Positions 41,466 to 54,649 of a DNA stretch of 64,000 nucleotides are shown here, one piece after another (the first letter of the stretch is position 1; every line of letters begins with the position of its first letter). The notes under the pieces are model-generated. The model worked only from the letters and a program-made list of their open reading frames with translations, had not been told where the DNA came from and ran no database searches. Both the position numbers and the translations under genes were made by a program. Source of the DNA: Cyanophora paradoxa CCMP329 (Eukaryota; Plantae; Glaucophyta); the NCBI GenBank assembly GCA_004431415.1, contig QPMI01000062.1:62001-126000 (forward strand), read 5' to 3'.

Positions 41466-44400
41466 TCATAGAGAGCGCAAGATGGCGTCGCAGATCTCGT
41501 CGGCCTCGGAGGGGAAGGACTCGGCGAGGAGGCCGGCAACCTTGGCCGCCGCGTCGTGCTTGTACGCGCACGGGATCAGCAGCCGCGCCACCTCGCGGTG
41601 CTGGAAGGCCCGCTGCAGGCACTGCGCGATCGTCGGCACGTGCTCCCGCCGCTCCGCCAGCACCATCTGCCCGGCCCCGCGTCGGCGGGAGGTGCGGGGG
41701 TTTCGGGGAGGGAGGGCGGGAGGTAGACCTTTGAGGTAAAGAGCGCCTCCGGGGCGAGGCCTGCGCGGGGGATCTGCGGTCAGCGCCGGGGGGCAGCGGG
41801 CGAGGAGGGGGAAGGGGCGGAGGTGTGGCGCGCCTAGCCGGGCGTACGCGCAGGCGACCTGCCGGCAGGGCCTCGCTCAGCGGCGGCAGGGCGGGGTCGA
41901 TGGGACGGGCGGGTGCACACCTCGGAGTAGGCGCGGGCGCGGGCCTTGCGGGCGGCCACGGAGCGCTGCCGGGCGGGTCAGCGCCCGAGGGGGCGGGGTG
42001 GGAGGGGGCGAGGGGCGGGCGGACGGCGAGGGTGCGGGCGGCGGCGAGGGTGCCGCGGGCGGCGGTCTCCATGTTGGCGGCGAGGAAGAAGGTGGCGAGC
42101 TCGCCCAGCGCCCCGCAGAGGCCGGCGTCCACGCCCGGCGTGCACCCCTCCAGCGCCGCCGCCCGCACCGGCCGCAGCGCCTGCCACGCCCCGCCCATGT
42201 CCGAGAGCTGCGCCCCCGTCACCGCGGCCCGGGAGCGGGGAGGTCGGGGGGGTACGGACGCGGGCGGAGATGGCGGCGAGGCGGACGGAGGCGCGGAGGA
42301 GGGGGGGAAGTGCGGCCCGGCGAGTCGGGCGGGCAGGCGGCGTGGGCGGCCTCGAGGAGGCCCCGCGCCGCCTCCAGCAGCTGCACGGCCCGCGAGGAGG
42401 GCGCCACCGCGTGCAGCGCCGCCGCCGCCGCCGCCACGGCCGCCCGGGGCCCGAGGGGAGGAGGGGGTCGCCGGCGGGTGCGAGATGGAGAGGGGCACGG
42501 GGATCGGGGCGCTTGGGTGGGCGCTGTGTCGGGGGCGGCGACGAGGGCGGGGGCGCCCCCGGGTGGGGGACGGCGCCGGCGCGGGGCGGGCGCCTGAGCC
42601 CGAGGCGAGGCGGCAGAGGGCGAGGGCGCAGAGGCCGGCGGAGCGCGACGCCGGATCCTCGATCCCCTCCACGAGCGCACTGCGGCGGGGCGTCGGCTGC
42701 GTGTGGCGGGGCGGGGACGGCGGGGCGGGGCGCAGGCGCACAGCGTGGCCTCGAGCTCGGCGGGGGCCTGGATGGTGAGGACGGGGTCCGCGCTCGCGGC
42801 GAGGGCGTCGATGCAGCGCGCCCGCGCCGTGACCGCCACGAACCAGGCGTCCGACAGGTCCGGCGCCTGCGCCCGCCCCGCCCGCCGCCTGCCGCGCCCC
42901 AGTCAGCCCCCGCCCGCGTCGCTCGCGGGGCGAGGAGGGACCCGACGGCGGCGAGGGCGGCGGAGGCGGCCTCCCTGGCCTCGCGGAGGGCCCCGACGGA
43001 GAGGAAGTCGCCGGCGGCGGCGGCGAGGGCGGCGAGGTGCCGCGCGTCCGCGTGCCACTGCTCCGGCACCGCCTGCAGCACGCAGTCCCGCGCCGCAGCG
43101 AAGGCCGCCAGCGCCCGCTGCCGCCCCGCCTCGCCCTCCCCGCCGCCGCCCGCCCGATCGCCCGCAGCGCCGCCGCCATCCCTGCGCCGGCCCCGTCGGC
43201 CCCTGCGCCGGAGCGGCCGGGCGGGGGCGGCGGGCGGCGCACGCGGGCGTAGAAGTCGTACTCGCAGCAGCAGGGTCGCGGGCAGGGGAGCCCCGGGCCC
43301 CTGCGGCCCCGCGTGCAGCGCCTCCTCCCGCAGGTACCTGCGCCGGCCCGCGCTCGAGGGTCGTCGCGCGGGGGCGGGGGGCGGCGCGGGCGCGCCGTGC
43401 GGCCATCTGGGCGATCTCGGCGGGGGGGAACTCCTCGCCGGGCTCGATGCCCATCTCCCGCCGCGCGTGCATCTGCGGCGGGTCAGGCGGGAGGAAGCAG
43501 AGGGCGCGGCGGCGGGCGCGGCGGCGGGCGCGCCTCCGCCTCGTCGAGGGCGGCGACGGCGCGGGGATGTCCCCGCGGCGGGCCCGCGCGGCAGCGATGC
43601 GGAGGGCGCAGCGGGCGGCCTCGAGCCCCGCCGCGTGGTTCGTGACCGCCTCGGCGAGGGCGAGGGCGGCGGCCGCCGCCCCCGTCGACTGCTCGCCGGC
43701 GCCGAGCGCCTCGGCGACCTCGCAGCAGCCGTCCACGAGGCGCCCCGCGACGCCGCTCTCCTCCGCGATCTGCGCCTGCGGCACGCACGCGGCGGCCTCC
43801 TCGAGGGCCGCCGCCGCCGCCCCGCCGCACGCGTCGCCGCCCTCGCCGGAGGCGCTCGCCGCCGCGAGCGCCACGTCCAGCATCGCCCGGCAGCGGCTGA
43901 AGGGGTCCCCCTTGATCTGCGCCCGCCTCGCCTCGCGACGCAGAGCGGAGGAGGGGGCGGGGCGGGGCGGGCCTGGGCGACGATCTCGCGGGCGGCGCGG
44001 AAGGAGGTGGCGGCGCCCTCGGCGGAGGCGACGCGGCACATGGAGCGGGCCACGCAGCAGAGCGCCGCCGAGAGGCGCCGCCGGCTGAACGTGTCGTGGT
44101 CGCCCCGCTTGCGCCAGCTCTCCTCCTTCTCCATGGCGGCCCGCCGGCTGTCCCACGTCCCCTTGGACTCGTGCGTGCGCCGAAGGTACGCCTCCTCCTT
44201 CTTGCGCCACGGCTCCCAGAAGCGCACGGCCGAGGAGTCGCCGGCGCCGGCCGCGCCCAGCCCGCCGGGGCCCGGCGAGGAGGAGGGCGGCGGGTGGGCC
44301 CACGCAAAGGCCCCCGGGGGCTCGCGGTCGGGCGGGGCGGGGCGGAGGGCGGGGCTGGAGCCCGGGGCGGTGGGGGAGCCGAGGGAGAGGACGGGCCCGG

Positions 44401-47400
44401 CGCTGGTGACCTGGAGGTTGGCCTTGGCGGCCATCTGGAGGATGAAGGCGGGGATCTCCGCGTGCTGCGCCGCCGGCGCCTGCAGCGGCGTCCCCGGCCC
44501 CGAGAAGGGGCTGCCCCCGTGCGACGGGCCCGGGGGGTGGCGCGGGGGCAGCCCCGCCGAGCCCGACCCCGCCGACCCCGCCGAGCCGGCGGGGGCGAGG
44601 GGCCCCGGCCCCCGCTCCCGCTCCCGCTCGGCCGCCTCGCGCAGCGCCGCGCCGGCCTCGGCCTCTGGGCGGGGGTGAGGCGGGGCGGGCGAGGGGAGCG
44701 GCGGGGCGGCACCGGCGCAGGCGACGTCGAGGAGGGCGACGGCGCGCTCCTTGGAGTCCTCGATCCCCTCCGCGCACCTGCACGCCTCCCCGAAGACCGA
44801 GCGCGCGAGGCCGCCCTGCCCGCCCCGCCCCGCCAGCGCCGCCACCTCCCGCAGCGCTGCGCCCCGCCGCCCCGCCCGCCCCGCCCCGTCAGCGCCCGCC
44901 GGGTCGGATGGAAGCGAGGAGGCCACCGTGCGAGCGGCGCGAGGGGTCCTCGATCTGCGTTCTCCGCGGTCAGGAGAATGAAGAGGAAGGAGGGAACGGG
45001 CGCGCGCGCCTTGGCGGCCGTGTCGCGGGCGGACTTGAACATGGCGAGGGCGCGCTTCTCGAGGTCGCCCCGCGCCGCCGCCAGCCCGATCTCGCACACC
45101 TGCGCCCCGCCCGACGCTCAGGCCCGGGGCGGGAAGGCGGGGGCGGCGGGGAGGTGGGGCGCCTGGAGGCAGGCGGCGTGGCGCTCGGCGTCGGTGCGGG
45201 CGACGGCGGCGATGTTGGCGGGGACGGTCCCGACGGTGGCGTGCATGGGGGAGGCGGGGAGGCCGAGGGCCCCCGCGAGGGCCGCCGCCGCCCCCGCCCG
45301 CCGCCGCATCGCCGCGAAGCCCGTCTTCGGCGTCCCGTCCTCCTCCGACGAGTCCGAGTCCGGCGCCGGCCGCGCCGGCGTGTTCTCCGCCAGCTCGATC
45401 TGCTTGGCCAGCACCTGCGCGGCGCTCGGGAATCCTCTCGCTGCGCTCTGCGGCGGGGCGGGGGCGGGGGCGGGGGCCGGGCGCGCCATGACGGCCATGA
45501 AGGTGGTGTAGCCGTCCTCGCGCAGGTCGTGCTTCGCCTGCGCGGCCGCGACGCGCAGCAGCTCGCGCGCCTGGTCCCGCTTGTCCGCCACCAGCTCCGT
45601 CCGCCGCTTCGCCTGCGCGAAGGTCGCCGCCGCCTCCGCGTGCATCCCCGAGCGCTGCTGCGCCCCCGCGATCTTCAGGAGCTCCCGGATCTGGTCCGCG
45701 GGGCCCAGCCCGGACAGCGAGGCCGCCTGCGCGCCGGCCGGTGAGGGCCGCCGGGGCGGGGCCGGCCGCCGGCGGGCGCACGGCGACCGTGAAGGCGTCC
45801 CGGGCCCCGGATGCGTCCCCCGCGCGGACCTGCCGCCGCTCAGAGAGGGAACGACAGGAGCGGCGGAGGGCGGGAGGGGGCGGGGCGGGGGCGGGGCACC
45901 ATGGCGAGGCCGCAGTAGCGGAGGAGGTGGGGCCGCTCCTCGGCGGGGCCCCCGAGGCGGCGGCGACGGCGGCGCGGAAGGAGAGGGCCGCCTCGGCGGC
46001 GAGGCCGGCCCGCCGCTGCGCCGCCCCCACGTCGCACAGCCGCTCGCACCGCGCCGGCCGCTCCTCGATCTTCAGCGCCGACTCGTGCTGCGCCGCGCCC
46101 GGGATGAGGGCGAAGGAGGGGCGGGGCGGGCGGGCAGGGGCGGGGGGCGGACGGCGCGGGCGAAGGCGGCGCGGGCCTCGTCAGGCTGGCGGGCGCGGGC
46201 GTGGCCGGCGCCGACGTGGACGAGGGCGAGGACGCGGCCGACGGCCTCCGCCACGCACCCCGCGTGCTGCTCCGCGTCCAGCAGCAGCTCCTGCCCCGGC
46301 GAGCGCGGCGTCGGGGGGAGGCGCTCCGGGAGCGGGGAAGAAGTCGTGGGGGGGCGGACCCGGGCCTCGTCGAGGAGCTCCATGGCCTCCTCGTCGTCCC
46401 CCGTCGCCTCCGCCTGCCCCGCGAAGGCCCCCGCCACCTGCCCCGCACTCAGGGGCGGCGCCGGGGGCCGGCGGGAGGCGGCTCGCTCGCCTGGGCGTGG
46501 ACCCAGCTGCAGGTGTCGTTGAAGAAGTCGATGACGCCCTGCGCGCTCGCCGCCCCGGCGCCCCGGACGCGCTGGCGGGCGATCGGGGCCGAGGGGGCCG
46601 CCCGGAAGCGCGGGCTGCACGGCTCCGACGCGGCGGCGCTGGCGACGTGGTCGGCGGCATGCGCGAAGGGCCGCGGGCACCCTGGGAGGCCCTGCGGGGC
46701 GCCCCAGCCCAGCGAGCCGCGCCGCCCCGAGCCGGAGCCGCCGGCGGCGCCGGGTGCGCCGCCCCAGCTGCCGGCGTGCTCGACGGTGGAGGAGCGGCGC
46801 TCGCGGGCCTCGCCGGCGCCGGGGGCCTCCCCCGGGTGCTCCTCGGGCCCCTCGTTCATGAAGGCGCAGATCTCGGTGTAGCGGCGGGGCGTGCGGCCGC
46901 CCCCCTCCACCAGCAGCCGGAACTCGAACGCCGCGTCCCGCAGCGTCTGCCGCGACGTCCGCAGCACCCCGATCGACGCCTGCGCCGACGCCACCAGGAG
47001 GAGGCCGTACACCCTGGCCCCGCCCCGCTCAGCAGGCGGCGGGGGCGCGGAGGCGGGGAGGAGCGGGCGGCGGCACCGATCCCATGGCGCGCGAAGATCT
47101 AGTGCGGCGCGACGAAGGGAGTCGAGGCTGGCCGCGCGGCTCACGGGCGCCTCGGCCTTGCCCCGCACCAACGCGATCTCGACCAGCGACTGGACCGAGG
47201 TCACGGGCTCGCGGATCGTCTTCGCGAGGTCCGTCGCCACCGCCAGCGCGTGCTGCGCCGCGCTCGCTCGCCCGGCCGGGGCCCAGTTCGCGGGCGAGGG
47301 GCGGGGGCGGGGGCACCAGCCACTCGTCGACGAGGTCGGCCTCCTCGTCGTGCGGCTGCCCCGCCGGCCGCGGCGACGTCGTCTCCCCGGCCCGCTGCCC

Positions 47401-50400
47401 CGCGGGGACGGGCAGCGGCGAGGCCGCGATGCGCCCCGGCGAGCGCCGCATCGGGAGGCCCGTGTCGGGCGCCAGGCCCGAGAAGGAGCCGCAGGAGAGG
47501 ACGCTCCCGGTCCCCGGCGAGGCCGCAAAGGCCCGCCGCGCGATCGCCGGCAGCGAGCTCGGATGCGCCCCCGGGCCGGGCTCGGGGCGGCGCTCGCGTG
47601 TGGCGTCGTGGCGTGCGGCGTCGTGGCGTGGGGCGTCGTGGCGTGCCCGGCGCCCAGGCGGCGGTCCCGCGCGGCGGCCTTGGACCAGAGCTCGCCGGCG
47701 CGGATGCTGTCCCCGCGCTCCGTGATCTCCTCCCGCGTCACCGTCGGCAGCCGGGCCGGCGCCGGCCTGCGGCCCGTCAGAGGGGCGCCCTCGGAGGGGC
47801 CGCGGGACGGGCGGCGCACCCGGCGAGGAGGGCGGAGACGAGGTCCTGGAGGCCCTTGTCGGAGAAGAGCTGCCGGCAGAGGTCCACGAAGCCCGCCCGG
47901 TTCTTCCGCAGCACCGTCGCCATCGCCTGCGCCGCCCGCCGCTCCGCCCACCGCGGGATCGGCACGCCCCGCTCCCCGCACTCCCGCTCCTCCAGCCGCC
48001 GCAGCACGTCGGCCGGCGAGGGCGGCGGGGGGCGCGGGATGGCCCCCGGGGCGCGCTCGCCGTGGGAGTGGGCGGAGGCGCCGGAGGAGGGCGGCTCGCG
48101 CGGGGAGGCGAGGGAGGCGGCGGAGTGGCGGCGGTGGGGCGTCTCGCGGCGGGCGGCGGCGGGGCCGGCGGCGCCTTCGAGGCGGAGGCCCGGGGTGAGG
48201 CGGGTGGCGACGAGGAGGTACCAGAGGGCGGCGACGTCGCGGTCCATGTAGTCGAGCATCGACCAGAGGCGCTCCCAGTCGCGCTCGGCGATGGCCTCCC
48301 AGGGGCTCTCCTCCTGGACGCCGGCCACGATCGCCTGCACCTCCATCGCGAACTCGACGGCGCGCACGAAGTCCTGCCGCAGCACCGCCCGCTCCATCGC
48401 GAACCGCGCCGTCGCAAGCCGCGGCTCCGCCGACCGCAGCACTGCCCGGGGGACGGCTCGGCGCCCGCGGGGCCGAGGAGGGGGGCGGGGCGGGGCGGGG
48501 CGGGGCGGGGCGGACCGGCGAACTGCTTCTCGCGGAAGGAGGCGTCGCGGGCGAGCTGGTAGAGGATCTCGTGGGGCGGGGCGTGGAAGCCCGGCACGTC
48601 GCCCGCCTCCGCCGTGAAGAGGTGCCGCGCGTAGTGCCGCAGCGCGTACGGGTCCTCGTGCTTCGCCCACTTCCCGCACCACTTCAGCAGCCGCTTCAGC
48701 GCTGCCGCCCCGTGAGGCGCGGGCCCGGCGGGGGGCGGGAGAGAGAAGAGGCGGACCCTTCTGGCGGGACTTGCGGGTGGCGGGGGAGGAGCGGACGAAC
48801 TTGCGGTAGGCGTCGTGGGCGAGGATCCAGCCGTGGAAGCCCTCGGGGTTGACGCGGCGGGAGACCATCGGGTGCGCCTCCAGCAGCTCGCTCACGTCCA
48901 CGTCCGGCTCCACCTCCTTCAGGCCGAGCACCTGCGGGATCACGTCGTCCGTGATCGGCTGCGCGCGGCGTGAGACGGGCGCGAGGAGAGCGGGGGAGGG
49001 GCCGGGGTGCCTCCTGGGCGTAGGCGAGGAGGCAGAGGATCTCGAGGAGGAGGGAGCCGTTGGGGGAGACGATGAGGCGGGAGAGGAGGTCGGAGCAGTA
49101 GCCCTCGAGGCCGCCGGGGAGGCTCTCCTCCGCCTCGAACGTCAGCCGCCCCTCGTTCAGGTCGGCGGCGAGCAGCTTGACGTAGAGGGGGTGGCCCCGC
49201 GAGGCCGCCTGGCACCGCTCCACGAAGGCGTTCTCCATCAGCCCGAAGTCCTCGTCCTCGCGGTCCCGCTCGAAGAGCCGGAAGCGCTGCGTCGGGCAGA
49301 GGGCCTCCAGCAGGAGCCGCGTCTCGTGCGTCGGGAGGCCCCGCAGCTCCATCAGGTGCAGGTCCGGCACCAGGTCCGGGAGGTGCGCGCTCGGCGGGAA
49401 GAGGTCCCGCGGGTGCCCCCGCGAGAGGATCACCCACGGGTGCTCCGCCCGGAACGACGAGGCGAGCTCCTCGAGGAAGAAGGGGTACTGCGGCGGAAAG
49501 GCGGCGGCAGGTCACGCTCGAGGAGAGCGGATGGGGGGGCGGGGGCGAGGGCGGGGGCGGGCGCACGGTGTTGAGGACCTCGTCGATGCCGTCGACGAGG
49601 AAGACGACGCTCTTGAGGGTGCAGATCTCGGTGTGGAGGTAGTCGAGGACCTGGCCGAACTGGGCGTACGAGGGGGCCCGCACGTCCCGCCCCGCCACGT
49701 GCAGCTCCGACGAGAAGAGGGAGAGGGCGTGCTGGAAGAAGGCCTTGGGCGCGCAGCGCGGGTCCCCCGACGAGAAGAAGTAGGGCACCAGGCACACCGG
49801 CCGCCGCTCCGTCGAGAGGCCCGCCTGCGCCGCCCCGCGTCGGCTGGGCCGGGCGCTGCAGGGCCCGCGCGGGGCGCACGATGCGGTCGCAGAGGGCGGC
49901 GGCGAGGGCCGACTTGCCCACGCCCGGCGGGCCGTGGATCCAGAGCTGCCGGTGCGGGCGCCCCGTGAGCGAAGCGGAGGAGGGCGTGGGGGCCGAGCGA
50001 GCGGCGCACGACGCCGCCGGTGCGCTTGTGCTTCTGGACCCACGCCGTCGCCTCGTCCAGCTCCTGCGTGGCAGGCGCCCGTCGGGCCCTGCGGCGCGGG
50101 GCGGGGCGCGTGGGGCGGGGCGGGGCGGACGCGGTGGCGGCCGAGGAAGCCCTCGCGGAGCTCCCGCGTGAGCAGCCCGAAGTCCTCCTTGCCTGCGAGG
50201 CGCGGCGCTCGGCGGGGCGGGGCGGGCGCCGGTCGGGCTGGCAGCGGAACCCACGGACCCGGGGTGGAGGCGTAGCTGTGGACGAGCTCCTGGAAGGGCG
50301 TGTCCGCGAACGGGTCGTGGAGGATGGCTGCGGGGCGTGAGGGGAGCGGTGCCGGCGCCGCGGGCGGGGCGGGCGCACTGAGCTGCATGTGGGCGACGAG

Positions 50401-52431
50401 GGCGACGTACTCCGAGCGCGCGTTCCGCACGTCGAACCGCTGGAACATCTGCCGCGCGGGCGGGGGGGGCATCGTTTAGGGCGGCGCCGCGTTCTCACCC
50501 GAGGCGGCGGTCGGGGGGGCGGACCTGGAGGGCGGGGGAGTCGAAGACCATCTCGAGGAGGCCGTTCTGGATGGTGCAGCAGTAGTTGAAGAGCAGCAGG
50601 GGCGCGAGGTCCAGCGCCGACCGCTCCTCCGCCAGCGCCGCCATCTCGGGGTCGTCGCTCGTCTCCGAGCCGGCCCCGTCCCCGCCCCCCTCATCCCCCG
50701 CCCGCGGCACCGACGCCAGCGGCGGCGGCGTCGTCAGCACGGGCCCCGACGAGGCCGGGCTCGGCGGCGGCGCCGGGTCGTACACGCTCCTGCGGGCGGG
50801 GCCGTCAGGGCGCGGGGCGCGGTAGGGAGGGGCGGGGCGGGGCGCGCCGGCGGACGATGTAGACGTGGGAGGCCTTGAGGTCGACGCCGGGGGGCGGCCG
50901 CACGGAGCCGTCCGGCGCGTGCACGTGTGCGTGCGGGGGCGTCCCCAGCACCGTCGGCGAGGCCGGCGGCGTTTCCCCCCTCGGCGGCCCGCTCGACGCC
51001 GAGCTGCGTCGCGCGTGGCTCAGCGATTCGAGGCTCGAGCTCAGGGGATGGGAGGGCGCGCCTGCTGCGGGAGCCGGCGCGGTTGCCGAAGGGGCGGCCG
51101 TGGAGGAGGAGGGGCCGCTCGGGGTGCTCGGCGGAGCACCCGAGCAGCACGTACTCCGCGAAGAGCGCCGCCAGCTGCCACCACGCCGAGTGGTACTGCC
51201 CGCCCCCGCGTCGGGGGCCGGCGGGGGCGAGCCGGCCAGGGCGGGGCGGCGGGGCGGACCTCGAACTGGCGGGCGGCGAAGGCCTCGACGCAGCCGCGGG
51301 CGACGCCGAAGCGCGGCTCGCCCTCGGCGACCGTCGGCAGCGGGCTCGCCCCCGGGTGCACCGCCCCCTGCTCCGGCCCGTGGTGCAGGAGCGGGTTGAT
51401 GAGGGGCGGGGGCGGCGGGACGCCCTCCCTGGGCGTCGGCGGCCGGCAGCGCTCCTGACAGCGCTCGCGGAGGGGCAGGACCCAGGCCAGCAGCGGCCGC
51501 CACACCGACGTGTAGAACTCCGCCAGCCCCGTCACGAAGGGCGCCGCGGGGCACTGCGCCCCGCCCCGCCCGCGTCGGCGGGGCCGCCGATGTGCGAGCG
51601 CGCCGGCGGGCCCACCGCGAGCTCGTGTTGGGCGGCCGCCTCGCCGATGCTGGCCCACTCGACGATCGACGGCCGCGAGAGCTGGCCCTCCAGCGTCCCG
51701 GTGAGGTCCTCCTGCGCGGCGCGCGGCGCTCAGCGCGCGTTCCTTTGCAGTTTGAGTATTGCAGCGCGCACTGGGAAGGACCCGTGGTTCGCTGCAGGCG
51801 CGCGGGCCGCGTTAGCCGCCGGTCGGGCGCGGGGCTGGCGCGGCGCGCGGAGGCGCGGGGCCGCCGAGCGCACCGATGATTGAGTTCAGCATACAAGCGA
51901 CCATGAAGCGCGTCGCCAGCTCCTGCACGCGGCGCTGTGAGCCTCGAGCTAACCTCCGGCGGCCCGGGCGCATACGGCCCCGAGAGCTGGCTCACCGTCG
52001 AATCCTGCGCATCGGAGACAGCAACTTCAGTTTGATGGCATTAGCAGCAGCACGGGGCGCGCACGAAGACGCGGTTGAGGCCCACGAGGAGTTCAGACAG
52101 CGAGGGGTCGCAAGTGCTGAAGCCCGCGAAAGCGGGCGAATCGATGTACGACGCCAAGCTGGGCGGTCACTGCATCAGAGGCAGCTTTGGGGAACCGATC
52201 GGGGCGGCGTGGTTCGTACGCGTGGGCAAGCGGTGATGGTAGCCGTCCTGCAGCCACCCGATCGGTCAAGATACATGCGAAGGGGCGATACGTGCGATGT
52301 GGCAAGGTCGTACGTATTACATCCTGAAGGCGCGGCCTTGAGCTGGTTCGGCCCAAGGCCGCAGCCGCTATGTTGACCGGGCTGGCGGCGCCGCCGCTCC
52401 CTGGGATCAAAATTGGTGGCGGGACCGACAT
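41466..52431 (-). CDS. Very large STAND (NACHT-like) NTPase with Ala-rich helical (TPR-like) C-terminal region
   Basis: GFLGR, Walker A LWIHGPPGVGKSALAA, Walker B VVFLVDGIDE, WVILSR, GHPLY (GxP) and LPGGLEGY. Many GC-rich exons follow on the same strand. Could be more than one gene. Confidence 0.7.
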
Positions 52432-52913
52432 GGCTCACAGCTGCAGGCAGAGCGCAGCGTCGGTCGTTCGGCGCTGCGGTGCCTTGCTGCGCCTTCGTCG
52501 GTCGCAGTGGGAGGTGCGGTTCTGCTGATCACGTAGCCGCTCACGATCGCCTCGGCGCTTACGTGGCGCGTCGATGGCTTGCGACGCGCTTTCAGCGCCC
52601 TACCCCTACGCCTTCATACCCCCCCCCCTCCAGATCAAATTGCAATTAAAGCGCGCTTAAGCTTCTCTCCTGGCTCTCTAGCGCATTGCGACGTTTGCGC
52701 TCTCGCTCCGTTCAGAAGATTAAATGTCAAGCGGCCGCTGGCTTTGCTCGCTGGCTAGGGACAAGCTTGAGCCGTAGGGGCGCCATCAACTGGTCTCAGA
52801 GTCTTGGATTTGTACACGGGGGTATCGTTGCTCGTCCGCAACGGGAGAGGGGCGGGGGCCGCAGGGGCGAGGGGGAAAGCGTGGTGGAAAGGGAGGGACG
52901 GTCGCTGGGCGGG

Positions 52914-54098
52914 CTAGATGAAGAAGCTGTCCTTCGCAGTCGTCTGCTTCTTCTTCGCGTCGTCGGAGCCCGACTGCATCTGCACGGGCGCCGGCGCCGT
53001 CGTCGACGCCGACGCGCCGGCTCCGCCCCCGGCGTACCAGCCCGGCGTGTCGCCGGGCGGGTTCGCCGAGGGGTCGTTGGGGAGGCCGGCGGCCCAGCTG
53101 GGCCCGGCGCCCGAGGCGCTGTCGGCGGGGTGGGGCACGGTCTCGCCGAGGACGAAGCCCTTCGGCTTCTCCTTCTTCGGCTTCTTCTCCTTGTCGCCGC
53201 CGCCGCCGCCGAGGCCGAAGCGGGAGAACCAGTTGCCGCCGCCGCCCTCCTCCTCGTCCTCGCGCTCCCGCTCCCGCTCGCCGTGCGCGCCTTCCAGCGT
53301 CGTCACGGGCGAGCGCGTCATCTCGCCGGCCTCCGGCTCCAGCACAAGCTCCTTGCACCAGCGCCACCCGATCACGCCCACCGCCGTCTGTAGCGCTGTC
53401 GGCAATGGAGCGCAGGAGCGGGGGGGCGGGGGGCAAGCGGACCCAGCAGATGATCATAGCGCCGCCCAGGCAGGGAGTCACGACAAAGGGCGTCACAGAG
53501 ATGCTTGCGCCTGTTCCAGGGGACGAGGGGTTACGGGGCAGTCCGGAGTGGCGCAGAGGGCGGGGGCAGGCGGTCTGACCTGTCCCCCGCCAGTTCTCCT
53601 GCACCATCACAAGCGTGCTCGCATCCTGCGCAGTTGTCAGCTCCGGCAACGCTGCGATGCGTCCTCGGGGTCCTCGCCATCAGCATCATGGCCCAGGAGA
53701 GCATGGTCCACCAGAGCGCCAGGAATAAGCTCTTCGCGTCCGCGGCAGCAGTGAGCATCGCGAAAAGCTGCAGCGTGCGACAGTCGACGCACCAGCAGAA
53801 CGTGGATGGGTCGCTGGGACCACGAGGCGAAGAAGCCGTAGCCGCTGCACGAGGACGATCAAAAACCAGAACGAACTTGCGGACGCCCGGCGGCACCTGA
53901 AGATGAGGGCGATGATCGACGCGGACATGCGGAGATTAGTGTTCCTGTCAGGCCACGAGCACTGTGCAGCCTCCGAGCCATCGCCGTTCAACACTTGCAC
54001 CGGTTTCTAGCAGGGAGATCGGGCGCGCAGGGAAGCTGCAGCCGCGAGGCTTGACTTACGAGCGTCGTGAAGGATGCAAGAGGGTTCGCATTCATCAT
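52914..54098 (-). CDS. Uncharacterised multi-pass membrane protein
   Basis: Exons with hydrophobic segments (LRMSASIIALIF, LFLALWWTMLSWAMML, FVVTPCLGGAMIICW|TAVGVIGW) and a charged tail ending KDSFFI*. Confidence 0.55.
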
Positions 54099-54649
54099 GC
54101 AGAAGCGCGGGTTCGAGGCGGGGGGCCGCTGCCGTGCAAGTGAACTTCTGGTCGAACAGAGGACAGGGCGGGGCGACGCACGTCGGCCATTTGATACGCC
54201 GACATGCCGAAAGTCACGCCGGATGCGAGCGCCGCAAAGGCGTGGGTGATTATGTAGCTCTGGCGGGTCGGCACCCGCGCACAGGCATCGCGGATCCCCA
54301 TCGCTCCGCACCAGCGATTCGCGCGCGTCTAGTGCTTTGGGGCTTTCGAGCTCTCCTGCCCTCGGCTGAGCTCGCTCCACGTGTATCCCCCCGGCTCAGA
54401 ATCCGAGGAGAGGCGAGCCGAGCGCAGTGCAGGGTTTGCCGCTAGTCGTCGAAACAGCACGAGTGCCACGCGCCGGCGTTAATCGGCTCCGCTCCCGCGG
54501 TCATCGAGCCGGACCTCGGTCATCGAGCGCGGCGTCGCGTTGAGCATTCCCGGACTCTCATCAAGCGTAGAGCACGCGCCAACGCGCCGGACCGAGCTCG
54601 GAGTCGTGCCCTCCCCCGTCCAAGGAGATCCAGCTGCAGCGCGGCCGCG

